Positions 19,009 through 28,998 of a stretch of DNA of 64,000 nucleotides are shown piece after piece (position 1 is the stretch's first letter; every line of letters starts with the position of its first letter). The stretch is from Deltaproteobacteria bacterium (lineage in GTDB: Bacteria; Desulfobacterota; DSM-4660; Desulfatiglandales; HGW-15), in the NCBI GenBank assembly GCA_019313825.1, contig JAFDAM010000001.1:13121-77120 (forward strand), read 5' to 3'. Made by a program: the position numbers and the translations under genes. Below the pieces are notes generated by a model. It worked only from the letters and a program-made list of their open reading frames with translations. It had not been told where the DNA came from and ran no database searches.

Positions 19009-19788
19009 ATGGGACAGGTCATCTCCATATCAAATCAGAAAGGCGGTGTCGGCAAGACCACGACCGCCGTGAATCTATCCGCTTCCCTCGCGTCGACAGA
19101 TAAAACATGTCTGCTTATAGACTGTGACCCCCAGGGTAATGCAACAACAGGTTTAGGCGTAGATAAGTCTGGTTTAGAAAACGGGTTTTATGAATTCATG
19201 TTTGGCTCCGAACCTGAGGAAAACGTTGTCACTGAGACCGATCTGCCCGGGCTATTCCTCATGGGTGCTACGAATGACTTGATAGGTGCTGAGGTGGAGA
19301 TGGTCATTTTTGATGATAGAGAATACCTTCTTAAAAAAAGACTTATGCCTCTAAAGGAAAAATATGACTATATCTTCCTGGATTGCCCCCCATCTCTCGG
19401 TTTTTTAACGCTGAATGCAATGACAGCCGCAGATTCGGTTCTGGTCCCCCTTCAGTGCGAATACTACGCCCTGGAGGGGCTGAGTGAATTGTTGAAAATC
19501 CTCAAAGCCGTCAAGAAGGGGCTTAATCCATCCCTTAATCTGGCCGGAATACTGTTAACAATGCATGATTCCCGCAATAATCTCTCAGCGCAGGTGGAGG
19601 ATGAGGTTAGGGGGCATTTTCAAGGGGTAGTATTCAATACGATTATTCCTCGAAATGTACGGCTGAGTGAGGCCCCAAGTTATGGGACGCCTATTCTTCT
19701 CTATGATATTAAGTCCATAGGTGCCCGGAGCTATCTTGCCCTGGCAAAAGAACTGATTAGCCGTGGAGGAAATTATGGCAAAACGTAA
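19009..19788 (+). CDS. parA: Chromosome partitioning ATPase ParA/Soj
   Basis: Deviant Walker A NQKGGVGKTTT. ParA-family throughout. Confidence 0.9.
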   Translation: MGQVISISNQKGGVGKTTTAVNLSASLASTDKTCLLIDCDPQGNATTGLGVDKSGLENGFYEFMFGSEPEENVVTETDLPGLFLMGATNDLIGAEVEMVIFDDREYLLKKRLMPLKEKYDYIFLDCPPSLGFLTLNAMTAADSVLVPLQCEYYALEGLSELLKILKAVKKGLNPSLNLAGILLTMHDSRNNLSAQVEDEVRGHFQGVVFNTIIPRNVRLSEAPSYGTPILLYDIKSIGARSYLALAKELISRGGNYGKT

Positions 19789-20620
19789 GGCCTTGGGAAA
19801 GGGATTATCGGCCCTTATCCCTGAAGCGAACAGGTTTGAAGCAGGGGGTGAGGAGTATTTTCAGTGCCCAATAGAGGAAATAGAGCCAAACCCGTATCAA
19901 CCACGCCAGGACTTCAAAAATGCTGATCTGGAAGAACTTGTCCTGTCAATAAAAGAGACGGGTATTATCACACCTATTCTGGTAAGCAAGGCAGAAAAGG
20001 GGTATCGTCTCATAGCGGGTGAACGCCGATGGAGGTCAGCTCAGAAGGCGGGTCTTAAAAGGGTACCTGTAGTAGTCAGAGAAACCACCCCCATTGAATC
20101 TCTGGAGTTGGCTTTAATAGAGAATATTCACAGAAAAGACCTGAATCCCATAGAAGAGGCCCTTGCCTATAAAAGATGGTTGGATGATGCCAATACCACC
20201 CAGGAGGCCCTTGCAAAGAAACTTGGCAAGGAACGTTCTACCATTACCAACATGCTAAGGCTACTTAATCTCTCACATGTCATTCAGAAGGATCTGATCG
20301 ACGGTCATCTCTCCATGGGCCATGCTCGTGTCCTGGCCGGGCTCAAAAGCGCGGATGAGCAAAAGAGAGTCCGGAATCTGATAATCAAAAAGGCCCTTTC
20401 AGTTCGCCAGTTGGAGGAATTGATTACAAAGAAGAGGCCGGGTGACCGTGTAAAAAAGAAAAAAGAGGAACAGGACCATTATATACAATCCCTTGCTGAC
20501 GATCTCAAAAGGTCATTGGGTACAAAAGTAGATATAAAGAAACGCGGGAATAGAGGAAGTATTAACATCTATTTCTATTCTGATGATGAACTCACTCGGC
20601 TTCTTGACCTTCTGACATGA
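19775..20620 (+). CDS. parB: Chromosome partitioning protein ParB/Spo0J
   Basis: MAKRKALGKGLSALI N-terminus, the GERRWRA arginine patch and an HTH region. Start taken at the internal ATG overlapping the parA end. Confidence 0.9.
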   Translation: MAKRKALGKGLSALIPEANRFEAGGEEYFQCPIEEIEPNPYQPRQDFKNADLEELVLSIKETGIITPILVSKAEKGYRLIAGERRWRSAQKAGLKRVPVVVRETTPIESLELALIENIHRKDLNPIEEALAYKRWLDDANTTQEALAKKLGKERSTITNMLRLLNLSHVIQKDLIDGHLSMGHARVLAGLKSADEQKRVRNLIIKKALSVRQLEELITKKRPGDRVKKKKEEQDHYIQSLADDLKRSLGTKVDIKKRGNRGSINIYFYSDDELTRLLDLLT

Positions 20621-21217
20621 TAGACCTTTTTCTCCATCTCCTCTCTTCTCCCCTTAACAGCCTCTGAATATTATCTTTGTGACTGATGCATATCATGGCT
20701 GCCATGATCAAAGAACTTATTATCAACGCGTATGATTCACTGAAAAGTATTAATAGTATGGGCATGGAAGAGACTGATATCATTGACCCAAGGGAAACAA
20801 AATCCGATTTATAGATCACTATTATAAAAATGAACAGGGCTATAAGAAAAGGAACAGGTGAGACGGCAAGATATATGCCCATTACCGTGGCTACACCCTT
20901 CCCTCCCCGAAATCTTTGAAAAAGAGAAAATTGGTGGCCGATGAAGGCGGCTAATCCCACGATTTACAGTCCAAGCCCAAAGTCGGGAATAATACGGGAG
21001 CATATAAAGACAGGGAAAAACCCTTCAAGAGGTCCATTACAAGGGTCAGGAACCCCCATTTTATACCGAGCTCTCTGGCCACATTTGTGGCACCAGTATT
21101 ACCGCTTCCCTTCCGGATAATATCAATCCTTGCAACACCTTGGCTTATCAGCACACCGAAAGGTATGGACCCGATAATATATAATGTTACAGGTAATAGT
21201 ATATAATATAACCACAT
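20592..21217 (-). pseudogene. plsY: Glycerol-3-phosphate acyltransferase PlsY interrupted by a single frameshift (or a sequence error)
   Basis: The N-terminal half (SIPFG..GSGNTGATNV) is in one frame and the C-terminal half (GHQFSLF..FRGGKGVAT) is in another. The switch is confined to about 20955-20965. Confidence 0.7.
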
Positions 21218-21370
21218 TATGATATTTAATTTCTGAGTTATTGTTATATTATGCTGCTCAAAGTAAAAAGAATCGGCGCATTTATTCAATCCTTAAGTCC
21301 TTGCTTCATAAGGAGGTCCCACCCTGGCCTGATCTTCGATACGCCCAAAGGTCAGGTGTTATGAATATTT

Positions 21371-21614
21371 GCCGGTAATATCCGGTTCGGATTTTGCGCT
21401 AATAATGTTTGTATCCAAAAAATGGCCGGTGGGGGTCTCTTTTCAATGGCAACCGGGTTAGAAGCAAAAGTTCAATAAAAGGTGCCTGCCAGGCGGACGG
21501 AATGCCTAAATCCACCATCTAATTTCCACATCATCAATGCGGATAAAAGATTTTGGTCTGTCCCTGGGCTCCAGCTAGGTATTAGATATCTGCAAGTTGA
21601 GCCCGCGAAATCCC
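21371..21614 (-). repeat. Partial copy (module C + left half) of the composite hairpin element at 36931-37392
   Basis: Reverse-complement match, high identity by eye, running from the ATGGCCGGTGGGGGTCTCTTTTCAATGG terminus through GAGCCCGCGAAATCCC. The distal half is missing. Confidence 0.8.
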
Positions 21615-21726
21615 AACCTGATATTACTTAATATTTACTAAATTTGCTTGCGATTTCAAGGAATATGTTAGAATATATCCACATCTGTATCTATATGCAA
21701 TCCTATTCTTTAACTGAGGTGTTCAA

Positions 21727-22131
21727 TTGATAGTGATGGTCATGGATGGTCAGGGTGGAGGGATTGGCTCCGCCATTATTAAGGGACTCAGAAAAGATAT
21801 CCCTGACGGCCTGGAGATATTGGCCCTGGGAACAAATTCCATTTCCACCTCGCGCATGATGAAGGCCGGTGCCAACAAAGGTGCGACCGGCGAAAATGCT
21901 ATCGTCCATACCTGCCCTAGGGTGGACGCAATTATTGGTCCCTTGGCCATTATTATGGCCAACGCCATGATGGGTGAGGTGACGCCAAGGATGTCTGAGG
22001 CCGTATGCTCAAGCGAGGCGGAAAAGGTACTGATTCCCCTTACTCAGGAAAAGATAATGCTTGTGGGCATTACTGACGAACCATTACCTCACCTGGTTGA
22101 ACACGCGGTAAAAATTATTAAGGAGATGTAA
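21727..22131 (+). CDS. DUF3842-family protein
   Basis: N-terminus VMDGQGGGIGSAII and overall length fit DUF3842 as I recall it. TTG start with GAGGTG upstream. Confidence 0.55.
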   Translation: MIVMVMDGQGGGIGSAIIKGLRKDIPDGLEILALGTNSISTSRMMKAGANKGATGENAIVHTCPRVDAIIGPLAIIMANAMMGEVTPRMSEAVCSSEAEKVLIPLTQEKIMLVGITDEPLPHLVEHAVKIIKEM

Positions 22132-22136
22132 CTACC

Positions 22137-22322
22137 ATGTGTGAATCCACAGCCTATCTTTTAGTTAATGGACAGGAAGAAATGGTCCTTGAGAGTGTTG
22201 ACGGCTTTGAATCCGAGGGGGATCAGATAAGATTGGTCAACATCTTTGGAGAGGAAAAAAAGATCAAGGCCAGGATTAAGTCCCTTTCCCTGGTGGAACA
22301 TAAGATTATCCTGGAACCTTAA
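22137..22322 (+). CDS. cooT: CooT-family nickel-binding protein
   Basis: 61 aa starting MCE (conserved Cys2), with a beta-rich small-protein pattern typical of CooT. Confidence 0.65.
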   Translation: MCESTAYLLVNGQEEMVLESVDGFESEGDQIRLVNIFGEEKKIKARIKSLSLVEHKIILEP

Positions 22323-22428
22323 ATACCTGATCCCTGGAGACGCATGTGATTTACAGGTTTACGCCCATCTACTCTTATATCAGTTGCAATTGCGTCTCTG
22401 GATGCTTGAAGGAGAGATAAAATTCGGA

Positions 22429-23613
22429 ATGATAAAGAAAAATGTGACAGACGTTGCCATAAAAGGCAAAAGGCTGTTGATTAGGGTTGATTTTAATGTT
22501 CCTCTCGATGACAACGGCAACATTACTGACGATAAAAGAGTAAGGGCGGCACTGCCTACAATTGAGTATGTATTGGATAAAGGCGCCAAACTTATGCTTA
22601 TGAGTCATTTGGGAAGACCAAAAGGGGAGGTTCGTGAAGATATGAGACTCACTCCTGTTGGCAAACGCCTTGAGGAATTGCTTAATCGGCCTGTCAAAAA
22701 AATTGATGACTGCATCGGTTCTAGTGTTGAAGATGCGGTTAACCGCATGAATTCAGGTGATGTCGTACTCCTTGAGAATCTACGATTCCATAAGGAAGAG
22801 ACAAAGAACGACCCTGAATTCGCAAGGCAGCTCGCCTCCCTGGGCGATCTTTTTGTAAACGATGCCTTTGGCACATGTCATCGGGCGCACGCCTCGACAG
22901 AAGGCGTAACTCATCACCTTGAATCCGTGGCAGGCTTCCTTGTCCAGAAGGAGATAGAATACTTTGAGAGGATAAACCTCTCTCCTGAAAAGCCTTTTGC
23001 GCTGGTCCTAGGCGGAGCCAAGGTGTCTGACAAGATTCCGGTTATAGAGAACATGTTATCAAAGATAGACGTGCTTATTATCGGTGGAGCCATGGCATAC
23101 ACATTCCTTAAACAGAAAGGGGTAAATATCGGTTCTTCTCGCTATGAGCAGGATATGGCCGATATTGCCAAATCACTGTTAGAGAACGCAAAAACCATGG
23201 GTGTTGAAATGTTTCTCCCTGTGGATCACATTGTATGTGATAACATTGATGAGCCAAAACATATAAAGACCACTGAGGACGCGGATATTAATGAAGGTTT
23301 CTTGGCAGTAGATATCGGACCCAAGACAATAGAACTGTTTAAGGCAAAATTGCGGACCGCAAAGACGGTGGTATGGAACGGCCCGATGGGCATTTTTGAA
23401 AAAGAGTCATTTTCCACCGGAACCAGGATGATTGCCGAGACGATAGCTGAATCTCCTGCCACGTCCGTTATATGCGGCGGTGACAGCGCTGCTGCCGCAA
23501 AGAAGTTTAATGTTGAAGATAAGATGTCACATATCTCTACCGGAGGTGGTGCATCGCTTGAGTATTTAGCAGGAAAGACCCTTCCCGGAATCGCCGCATT
23601 GGCTGACAGATAG
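22429..23613 (+). CDS. pgk: Phosphoglycerate kinase
   Basis: RVDFNVPL, SHLGRPKG and a C-terminal GGGASLE motif. Start at MIKKNV with AAGGAGAG upstream. The longer ORF-track start overlaps cooT and is unlikely. Confidence 0.92.
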   Translation: MIKKNVTDVAIKGKRLLIRVDFNVPLDDNGNITDDKRVRAALPTIEYVLDKGAKLMLMSHLGRPKGEVREDMRLTPVGKRLEELLNRPVKKIDDCIGSSVEDAVNRMNSGDVVLLENLRFHKEETKNDPEFARQLASLGDLFVNDAFGTCHRAHASTEGVTHHLESVAGFLVQKEIEYFERINLSPEKPFALVLGGAKVSDKIPVIENMLSKIDVLIIGGAMAYTFLKQKGVNIGSSRYEQDMADIAKSLLENAKTMGVEMFLPVDHIVCDNIDEPKHIKTTEDADINEGFLAVDIGPKTIELFKAKLRTAKTVVWNGPMGIFEKESFSTGTRMIAETIAESPATSVICGGDSAAAAKKFNVEDKMSHISTGGGASLEYLAGKTLPGIAALADR

Positions 23614-23721
23614 TAACGGATCCCCGCCCATCGAAGATTCCCGCCAAATTTGGCGGTAGAAGGATGTAGCTTTGTTTGCACCCTAAAAGGTTGTATCGAA
23701 CATAGGAGGTCCCGCTATGGC

Positions 23722-23912
23722 GGGATCTCTTCAAGACGATATCTTTTTAGAATTCCATCCCGCTATGGCGGGACAGTGGTCAAATATTTGGGTTTTATGC
23801 CTCTGAATCCCTTGGAATCTGCAACTGACTTTGCAAAGCCCAAATATTTGGCCACTTCCTCAAAAGGTAGCCATGCCCGGGCGGGGTCGTCTTGAAAAGA
23901 TAGTCATTGCCG
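23722..23912. repeat. Family A hairpin element, copy 2 (right outer arm replaced)
   Basis: Shares the core GGTCAAATATTTGGGTTTTATGCC...CCCAAATATTTGGCCAC. Flanked by small CCCGCTATGGCGGG hairpins (23711, 23758). Confidence 0.8.
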
Positions 23913-24098
23913 GAGAGACTGCCCTTTTCAGGCAGAGCCAATTTCCCCTAACCACACTCAAAGGGCGTGGCTTTTCAAGACAAAGTAAAAGAGTCAATAC
24001 CATGCCAGAGTGAGTATTACTGATGATTTAGGAGTTTTTCCGCAATAAATCTGTTGATGGGATATTGAAAAATGCAAAAGGAAGGGACTGATAAACAG

Positions 24099-24557
24099 TT
24101 ATTCCAGATTGGCGTACATTCGTTCCATCATATCTTTGAACTTTTTTAAATCATTCTTTGAAATATTATTAAATATCTTGTCCTGGGCAGATGAGGATAT
24201 AAGGAACAACTCCTTTTTCATTTTTACCGCCTTGTTCGTTTTAATGATCAGATGTTTCCGTCGATCATCAGGATCAGGCCTACGATCTATGAAGCCGTTT
24301 TTTTCCATCACATCTAGCATCCTAGTTATATTCGGTGTGTCCTTTGCTAATGCTTTTGCCAATTCTATCTGAGATAACCCGTCTTCTTTAAAAAGTACCT
24401 GCAATATACCCCAATGATCCGTGGTTAGGGGATAACCATTTTCATTAAATCTACGCTGGAGCTCAAGCTTCATCCTCAAAAGTGTTCTACTCATAAGAGA
24501 TCCAATATTATTAGCAAGCAAAAGCGGACTGATTTTCCGTTTGTCTTTCATTTTCAA
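24099..24557 (-). CDS. MarR-family transcriptional regulator
   Basis: Winged-HTH MarR pattern (LSQIELAKALAKDTPNITRMLDVMEKNGFIDRRPDPDDRR). Confidence 0.85.
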   Translation of the reverse strand: MKMKDKRKISPLLLANNIGSLMSRTLLRMKLELQRRFNENGYPLTTDHWGILQVLFKEDGLSQIELAKALAKDTPNITRMLDVMEKNGFIDRRPDPDDRRKHLIIKTNKAVKMKKELFLISSSAQDKIFNNISKNDLKKFKDMMERMYANLE

Positions 24558-24734
24558 TAGCCTCTCATTATCATTAATATCTTTTCCAAGAGATGATATA
24601 ATTATCTTAATATGGCATGGAATGCAAGCACAAGACAGGTCAGACGTTTATTTGCAATAAAATCAGTGGCTTAAATAAAGATATCGCTCTATGCTATTAC
24701 ATTTAAAGCAATATTCATACTTCAATACACTGCA

Positions 24735-24870
24735 GTGAAGAACCCCGACAAAAGGTCGGGGCTTCTTCTAAGGAAATAGCCTGTTTGATTTTTGAGGCTC
24801 CGCCCCCAAACCCTTACGGGCAATCAACTTCAATACGCCGGCATTGCAAAATCCTAACCGGACATTACTG
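24735..24870. repeat. Module D (hairpin GAAGAACCCCGAC..GTCGGGGCTTCTTC + GAGGCTCCGCCCCCAAACC) followed by module C
   Basis: Near-identical to 36804-36887. Module C lies at 24842-24870 in reverse orientation. Confidence 0.8.
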
Positions 24871-25109
24871 AATACAATGGGGATTGCGTATTTTTATCGG
24901 CTGTGTTATGTCATGAATGACATAATGAATCATGGGCTATTACGGTTAATCATATCTACCAACGCACATCTCTGCCTTTCCTCATTATCTGAGTATTTAT
25001 TCGGGACAAGGCAGGCAATGAAAGAGATTGCCAAGCTCGCGAATCAGTTGAAAACAGATGAAAAAATAGTGATCTTTAGATCCCATTTTTAAAAGGAGAG
25101 TTAAAAGGA

Positions 25110-26357
25110 GTGTTTTTCAAGGTAAAAACCTCTGAAGAGGTCTTGGAAATTCTTAAAGGCTTTGGTCCATCGGGAGATGAGAAGATATCCATTGAGCTCG
25201 CCCTGGGACGGACCTTAAGCAGAGACGTCTTGGCCCCGGAGAACCTTCCTGGTTTTTACAGGTCTTCCATGGACGGCTATGCGGTAAGGGCCAAAGATAC
25301 GTTTGGTGCGACTGAAAGCCTGCCGGCGCTTCTTGATCTAACAGGCGAGGTTATCATGGGACAACGTCCTGACATCATCGTCAGACCCGGTACGGCCGTG
25401 AAGATCTCCACCGGTGGCATGCTTCCCGAAGGTGCTGATGGTGTGGTTATGTTGGAATACAGCCATCCCCTGGACGAAAAGACCATTGAGATCAGCCATG
25501 CCATATCCCCCTTGGAGAATGTGATACAGCCGGACGATGATTTTAAAAAGGGGAAGACTGTCCTTGAAAAAGGTCACACATTACGACCTCAGGATCTGGG
25601 TGTAATGTCCGGCCTTGGCATATCCCGGGTTTCGGTCTTTCAGAGACCAAAAGTCGCTATCATATCCACGGGGGATGAAGTTGTCCCTATTGATCAAAGG
25701 CCTGAACCGGGACAGGTCCGGGATATAAACAGCTATACACTGAGCGCCTTTTGCCGACAGGCCGGCGCTGAACCGATTAATCTGGGATTGTGCGGTGATA
25801 ATTTCGAGCAACTCAAAGATACAGTAAAGCAAGGCCTGGACAGGGCGGATACCGTATGGATATCGGGAGGCAGTTCAGTAGGAACCCGGGACCTGACCCT
25901 GAAGGTCTTTGAAACCTTTGATAATATGGAACTGCTTGTCCACGGTATCTCCATCAGTCCGGGTAAACCCACAATCATCGCGAAGATCGGTTCCCGCGCC
26001 ATATTCGGTCTTCCCGGTCATACAGCCTCTGCCATGGTGGTGGCGGAAGTCTTTCTCGCTCCGTTCCTGGCCGGGCTATCAGGAGAAAGGGCTCTTTCCG
26101 GGACATCATATGAGGTAGAGGCCGAACTGAGCAGAAACATCGAATCGGCAAGCGGGAGAGATGACTATTTAAGGGTAAGATTAGAAAAAAAGGGTGACGG
26201 ATTAATGGCCGAACCTATCTTCGGCAAATCAGGACTTATCTCCACACTGGTGGAGGCCCATGGTTTGCTCCGGGTGGACAGGAATACTGAGGGGCTTTAC
26301 CAGGGTCAGAAGGTAAGAGTTATGGTCTTTAACCCTATAAAAGGAGGCTCCGGTTGA
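25110..26357 (+). CDS. moeA: Molybdopterin molybdotransferase MoeA
   Basis: MoeA N/MoCF-binding/C domains (SMDGYAVRA.., ISTGDEV.., SGGSSVG..D). GTG start after AAGGAG. Confidence 0.85.
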   Translation: MFFKVKTSEEVLEILKGFGPSGDEKISIELALGRTLSRDVLAPENLPGFYRSSMDGYAVRAKDTFGATESLPALLDLTGEVIMGQRPDIIVRPGTAVKISTGGMLPEGADGVVMLEYSHPLDEKTIEISHAISPLENVIQPDDDFKKGKTVLEKGHTLRPQDLGVMSGLGISRVSVFQRPKVAIISTGDEVVPIDQRPEPGQVRDINSYTLSAFCRQAGAEPINLGLCGDNFEQLKDTVKQGLDRADTVWISGGSSVGTRDLTLKVFETFDNMELLVHGISISPGKPTIIAKIGSRAIFGLPGHTASAMVVAEVFLAPFLAGLSGERALSGTSYEVEAELSRNIESASGRDDYLRVRLEKKGDGLMAEPIFGKSGLISTLVEAHGLLRVDRNTEGLYQGQKVRVMVFNPIKGGSG

Positions 26358-28288
26358 AGAGGCATGTTTACCTGGCCATGAAGACCCTTGAAGAGGCCAA
26401 AGAGATATTTTTTTCCAGATTCGGACATGAATATAGGAGCGGCGCTGAAGAGATCTCCACCGAAGAATCACTGGGCCGCGTTACCGCGGAGCCCATATTT
26501 GCCAGGATATCCGCGCCCTCTTACCACTCTGCTGCCATGGACGGTATCGCGGTAAATGCGGAAGATACCTATGGCACCACGGAGAAGAATCCGAAGATCC
26601 TCAGGATCGGTAAAGACGCCCTGTGGATCAACACCGGTCACGCGATCCCCGACGGCTTTAACGCGGTCATCATGATCGAAAAGGTCCATCAACTGGATGA
26701 CGAGAACATAGAGATCCGTTCTCCGGCCCATCCCCGGCAACATATAAGAAAGGTGGGTGAGGATATAGTCGCCACCCAGCTGCTCCTTCCCCGGAACCAA
26801 AGGATCCGACCCTATGATATGGGCGCACTCGTCTCAGCAGGCGTTTTCTCTCTCAAGGCATGGAAGAGACCAAGGGTGGTTATTATTCCCACTGGATCCG
26901 AGCTTGTGCACCATAGGGATCTCAAGGAGCCGGAACAGCTGAAAAAGAATCAGCTCCTCGAATCCAATTCCCTCACCCTTTCAGGTCTTATCCGTGAGTG
27001 TCACGGTATCCCGATAATCTACGATATCGTCTCCGATATCGAGCGGGATATCCGCGAGGCCCTGGAAAGGGCTGTCGATTCCAAGGCGCATCTGGTCATT
27101 ATCAATGCCGGGTCATCTGCCGGCAGTAAAGATTATACGGCCAACATCATTGAAGAGATGGGAGAGGTCCTTGTCCATGGTGTGGCCATGATGCCCGGCA
27201 AGCCTACTATTCTGGGGACCATAAAGGGTAAGCCCGTAGTCGGCAATCCCGGCTATATGGTTTCAGCCGCGTTATCCTTTGAGCAGTTTGTCAAACCACT
27301 GCTATACGGTCTTCAAGGTCTAAGGCCTCCCAGTACAAAATCCATAACAGTTCAGCCCTCCAGGGATATCCCCTCTAAGCTGGGGACCGAAGAATTTTTA
27401 CGGGTTAATATCGGCAGGGTGGGAGAGCAAGCAGTCGCCACGCCCCTGTCGCGGGCTGCCGGTTCCATTACCACCTTGACCAGGGCTGAAGGTATTCTTC
27501 GTATCCCGGCCCTTTCCGAGGGGGTGACCCAGGATGAACATGTGGAGGCAGAGCTTCTGGTGGAAGAGGAAGAGATCCGAAACACCGTGGTCGTTATCGG
27601 CAGTCACGATATTACCATTGATATCCTTGCTGATGAGATCCGTAGGCGGGGCGACAACATCCGAATCTCTTCCGGGAATGTCGGTAGTCTGGGTGGCCTT
27701 ATGGCGCTCAGAAAAGGGATATGCCATATATCAGGATCACATCTCCTGGATACGGAAACAGGTGAATACAATATTTCCTATATCAAGAGATATCTCAAAA
27801 ACATCAAGGTAGGCGTTTTTCACCTGGTCCTGAGGGATCAGGGCCTGATCGTTGCCAGGGGAAATCCCAAAGGCATAAAAGGTATCATGGATCTCACCAG
27901 AGATGACATAACCTTTGTTAACCGTCAGGCAGGATCCGGCACCCGCGTGCTCCTTGATTACAGACTGGAACAGTCCGGAATAAACCCTGACTCCATCGAG
28001 GGATATGATCACGATGAGTTCACGCATATGGCAGTTGCCGTGGATGTCCTGAGCGGCGCGGCAGATTGCGGCATGGGTATCTTTGCGGCGGCCAAGGCGC
28101 TTGGTCTGGATTTTGTTCCCATGGTGAGAGAACAATATGACCTGATCATTCCGTCCTCCATTTTAGAGAATCCTAATATTCAAGTGGTCATTGAGACAAT
28201 CAGATCACCTGGTTTTAAGAACAGGGTTAAGGGCCTTGGCGGATATGACCCATCAAAAAGCGGTAAATTCTGGATGGAGGTAGGTTGA
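26354..28288 (+). CDS. MoeA-like protein fused to a C-terminal periplasmic-binding-protein-like (molybdate/tungstate-binding type) domain
   Basis: The N-terminal ~400 aa are MoeA-like (AMDGIAVNA, IPTGSEL, NAGSSAGSKD). A C-terminal ~230 aa PBP-like domain follows. 4-nt overlap with moeA. Confidence 0.75.
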   Translation: MKRHVYLAMKTLEEAKEIFFSRFGHEYRSGAEEISTEESLGRVTAEPIFARISAPSYHSAAMDGIAVNAEDTYGTTEKNPKILRIGKDALWINTGHAIPDGFNAVIMIEKVHQLDDENIEIRSPAHPRQHIRKVGEDIVATQLLLPRNQRIRPYDMGALVSAGVFSLKAWKRPRVVIIPTGSELVHHRDLKEPEQLKKNQLLESNSLTLSGLIRECHGIPIIYDIVSDIERDIREALERAVDSKAHLVIINAGSSAGSKDYTANIIEEMGEVLVHGVAMMPGKPTILGTIKGKPVVGNPGYMVSAALSFEQFVKPLLYGLQGLRPPSTKSITVQPSRDIPSKLGTEEFLRVNIGRVGEQAVATPLSRAAGSITTLTRAEGILRIPALSEGVTQDEHVEAELLVEEEEIRNTVVVIGSHDITIDILADEIRRRGDNIRISSGNVGSLGGLMALRKGICHISGSHLLDTETGEYNISYIKRYLKNIKVGVFHLVLRDQGLIVARGNPKGIKGIMDLTRDDITFVNRQAGSGTRVLLDYRLEQSGINPDSIEGYDHDEFTHMAVAVDVLSGAADCGMGIFAAAKALGLDFVPMVREQYDLIIPSSILENPNIQVVIETIRSPGFKNRVKGLGGYDPSKSGKFWMEVG

Positions 28289-28354
28289 GGCCAGCCTTCA
28301 TCAGAAACTCTGAATAATGAATCCACGCCCAAAGGGGTGTATCTGTCTGAAGAA

Positions 28355-28535
28355 GGCAATGGCTGTCTTTTCAAGGCGATATCTTTTTGAAATTCCACAG
28401 GCCTCTGCAGTGGTCAAATATTTAGGTTTTATGCCTGAGAACCGCTTGGAATCTGCAACTTACGTGGTAAAGCCCAAATATTTGTCCACTTCCCTAAAAG
28501 GTAGTAGATATCGCCTTGAAGAGATGGGCATTGCC
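28355..28535. repeat. Family A hairpin element, copy 3
   Basis: Collinear with copy 1, including both the outer and inner stems. Sits inside the Mo-cofactor gene cluster. Confidence 0.85.
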
Positions 28536-28655
28536 GAATTAGACTAACCTTTTCAGACATAACCAATTTTCTCTGACTTCCCACAAGAGGCGGGAATCTT
28601 AGACACTCTCAGAGGACGTGGTTTTCCGGTTATAATAAAAAAGGAGTCGATCAAG

Positions 28656-28994
28656 ATGGTATCCTTTGGAATACATTCAAAACACTGGGTTGTGGATGAA
28701 GACGATAACATCATCATGGGAGAGGGCAGGATGGAGATCCTGGAAGATATTGAAAAAACAGGATCCATAAACCAGACCGCAAAAAACATGAAGATGTCAT
28801 ACAAGGGCGTCTGGGGCAGGATCAAGGCAACAGAGAAGGCCATGAAGCTCAAGATCGTGGACACTGACAGGAAGATGGGGTCCCGCCTTACCGAGGAAGG
28901 CAAGGACCTCCTCGCAAAATACACCCTGCTGAAAAAAGAGTGCCTGGAGGCAGATGATAAGGTCTTCAGGTCAATCTTTAAACATACAGAATAA
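28656..28994 (+). CDS. ModE N-terminal-like winged-HTH regulator (molybdate-responsive type)
   Basis: SINQTAKNMKMSYKGVWGRIKATE resembles the ModE/LysR-type HTH. Short (112 aa), with no Mop domains. Confidence 0.6.
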   Translation: MVSFGIHSKHWVVDEDDNIIMGEGRMEILEDIEKTGSINQTAKNMKMSYKGVWGRIKATEKAMKLKIVDTDRKMGSRLTEEGKDLLAKYTLLKKECLEADDKVFRSIFKHTE

Positions 28995-28998
28995 CGTC

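Noticed and set aside
23650-23895. Small ORFs inside the family-A repeats (23650-23895, 28317-28547, 4617-4835) that share peptide strings such as VVKYLGFMP..LESA..KPKYL, suggesting a conserved micro-protein.
   Set aside because: The shared peptide is a by-product of the conserved palindromic stems (GGTCAAATATTTGGG / CCCAAATATTTGACC). Frames, starts and stops differ between copies (copy 1 hits TGA after KPKY), and there is no RBS. A DNA/RNA hairpin explains the conservation better than coding.
24872-25109. A Moco (molybdenum-cofactor) riboswitch upstream of moeA, or upstream of the ModE-like gene (28553-28655).
   Set aside because: I could not recognise the conserved Moco-motif core or a convincing multi-stem fold by eye. 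A covariance-model scan would be needed, so I make no claim.
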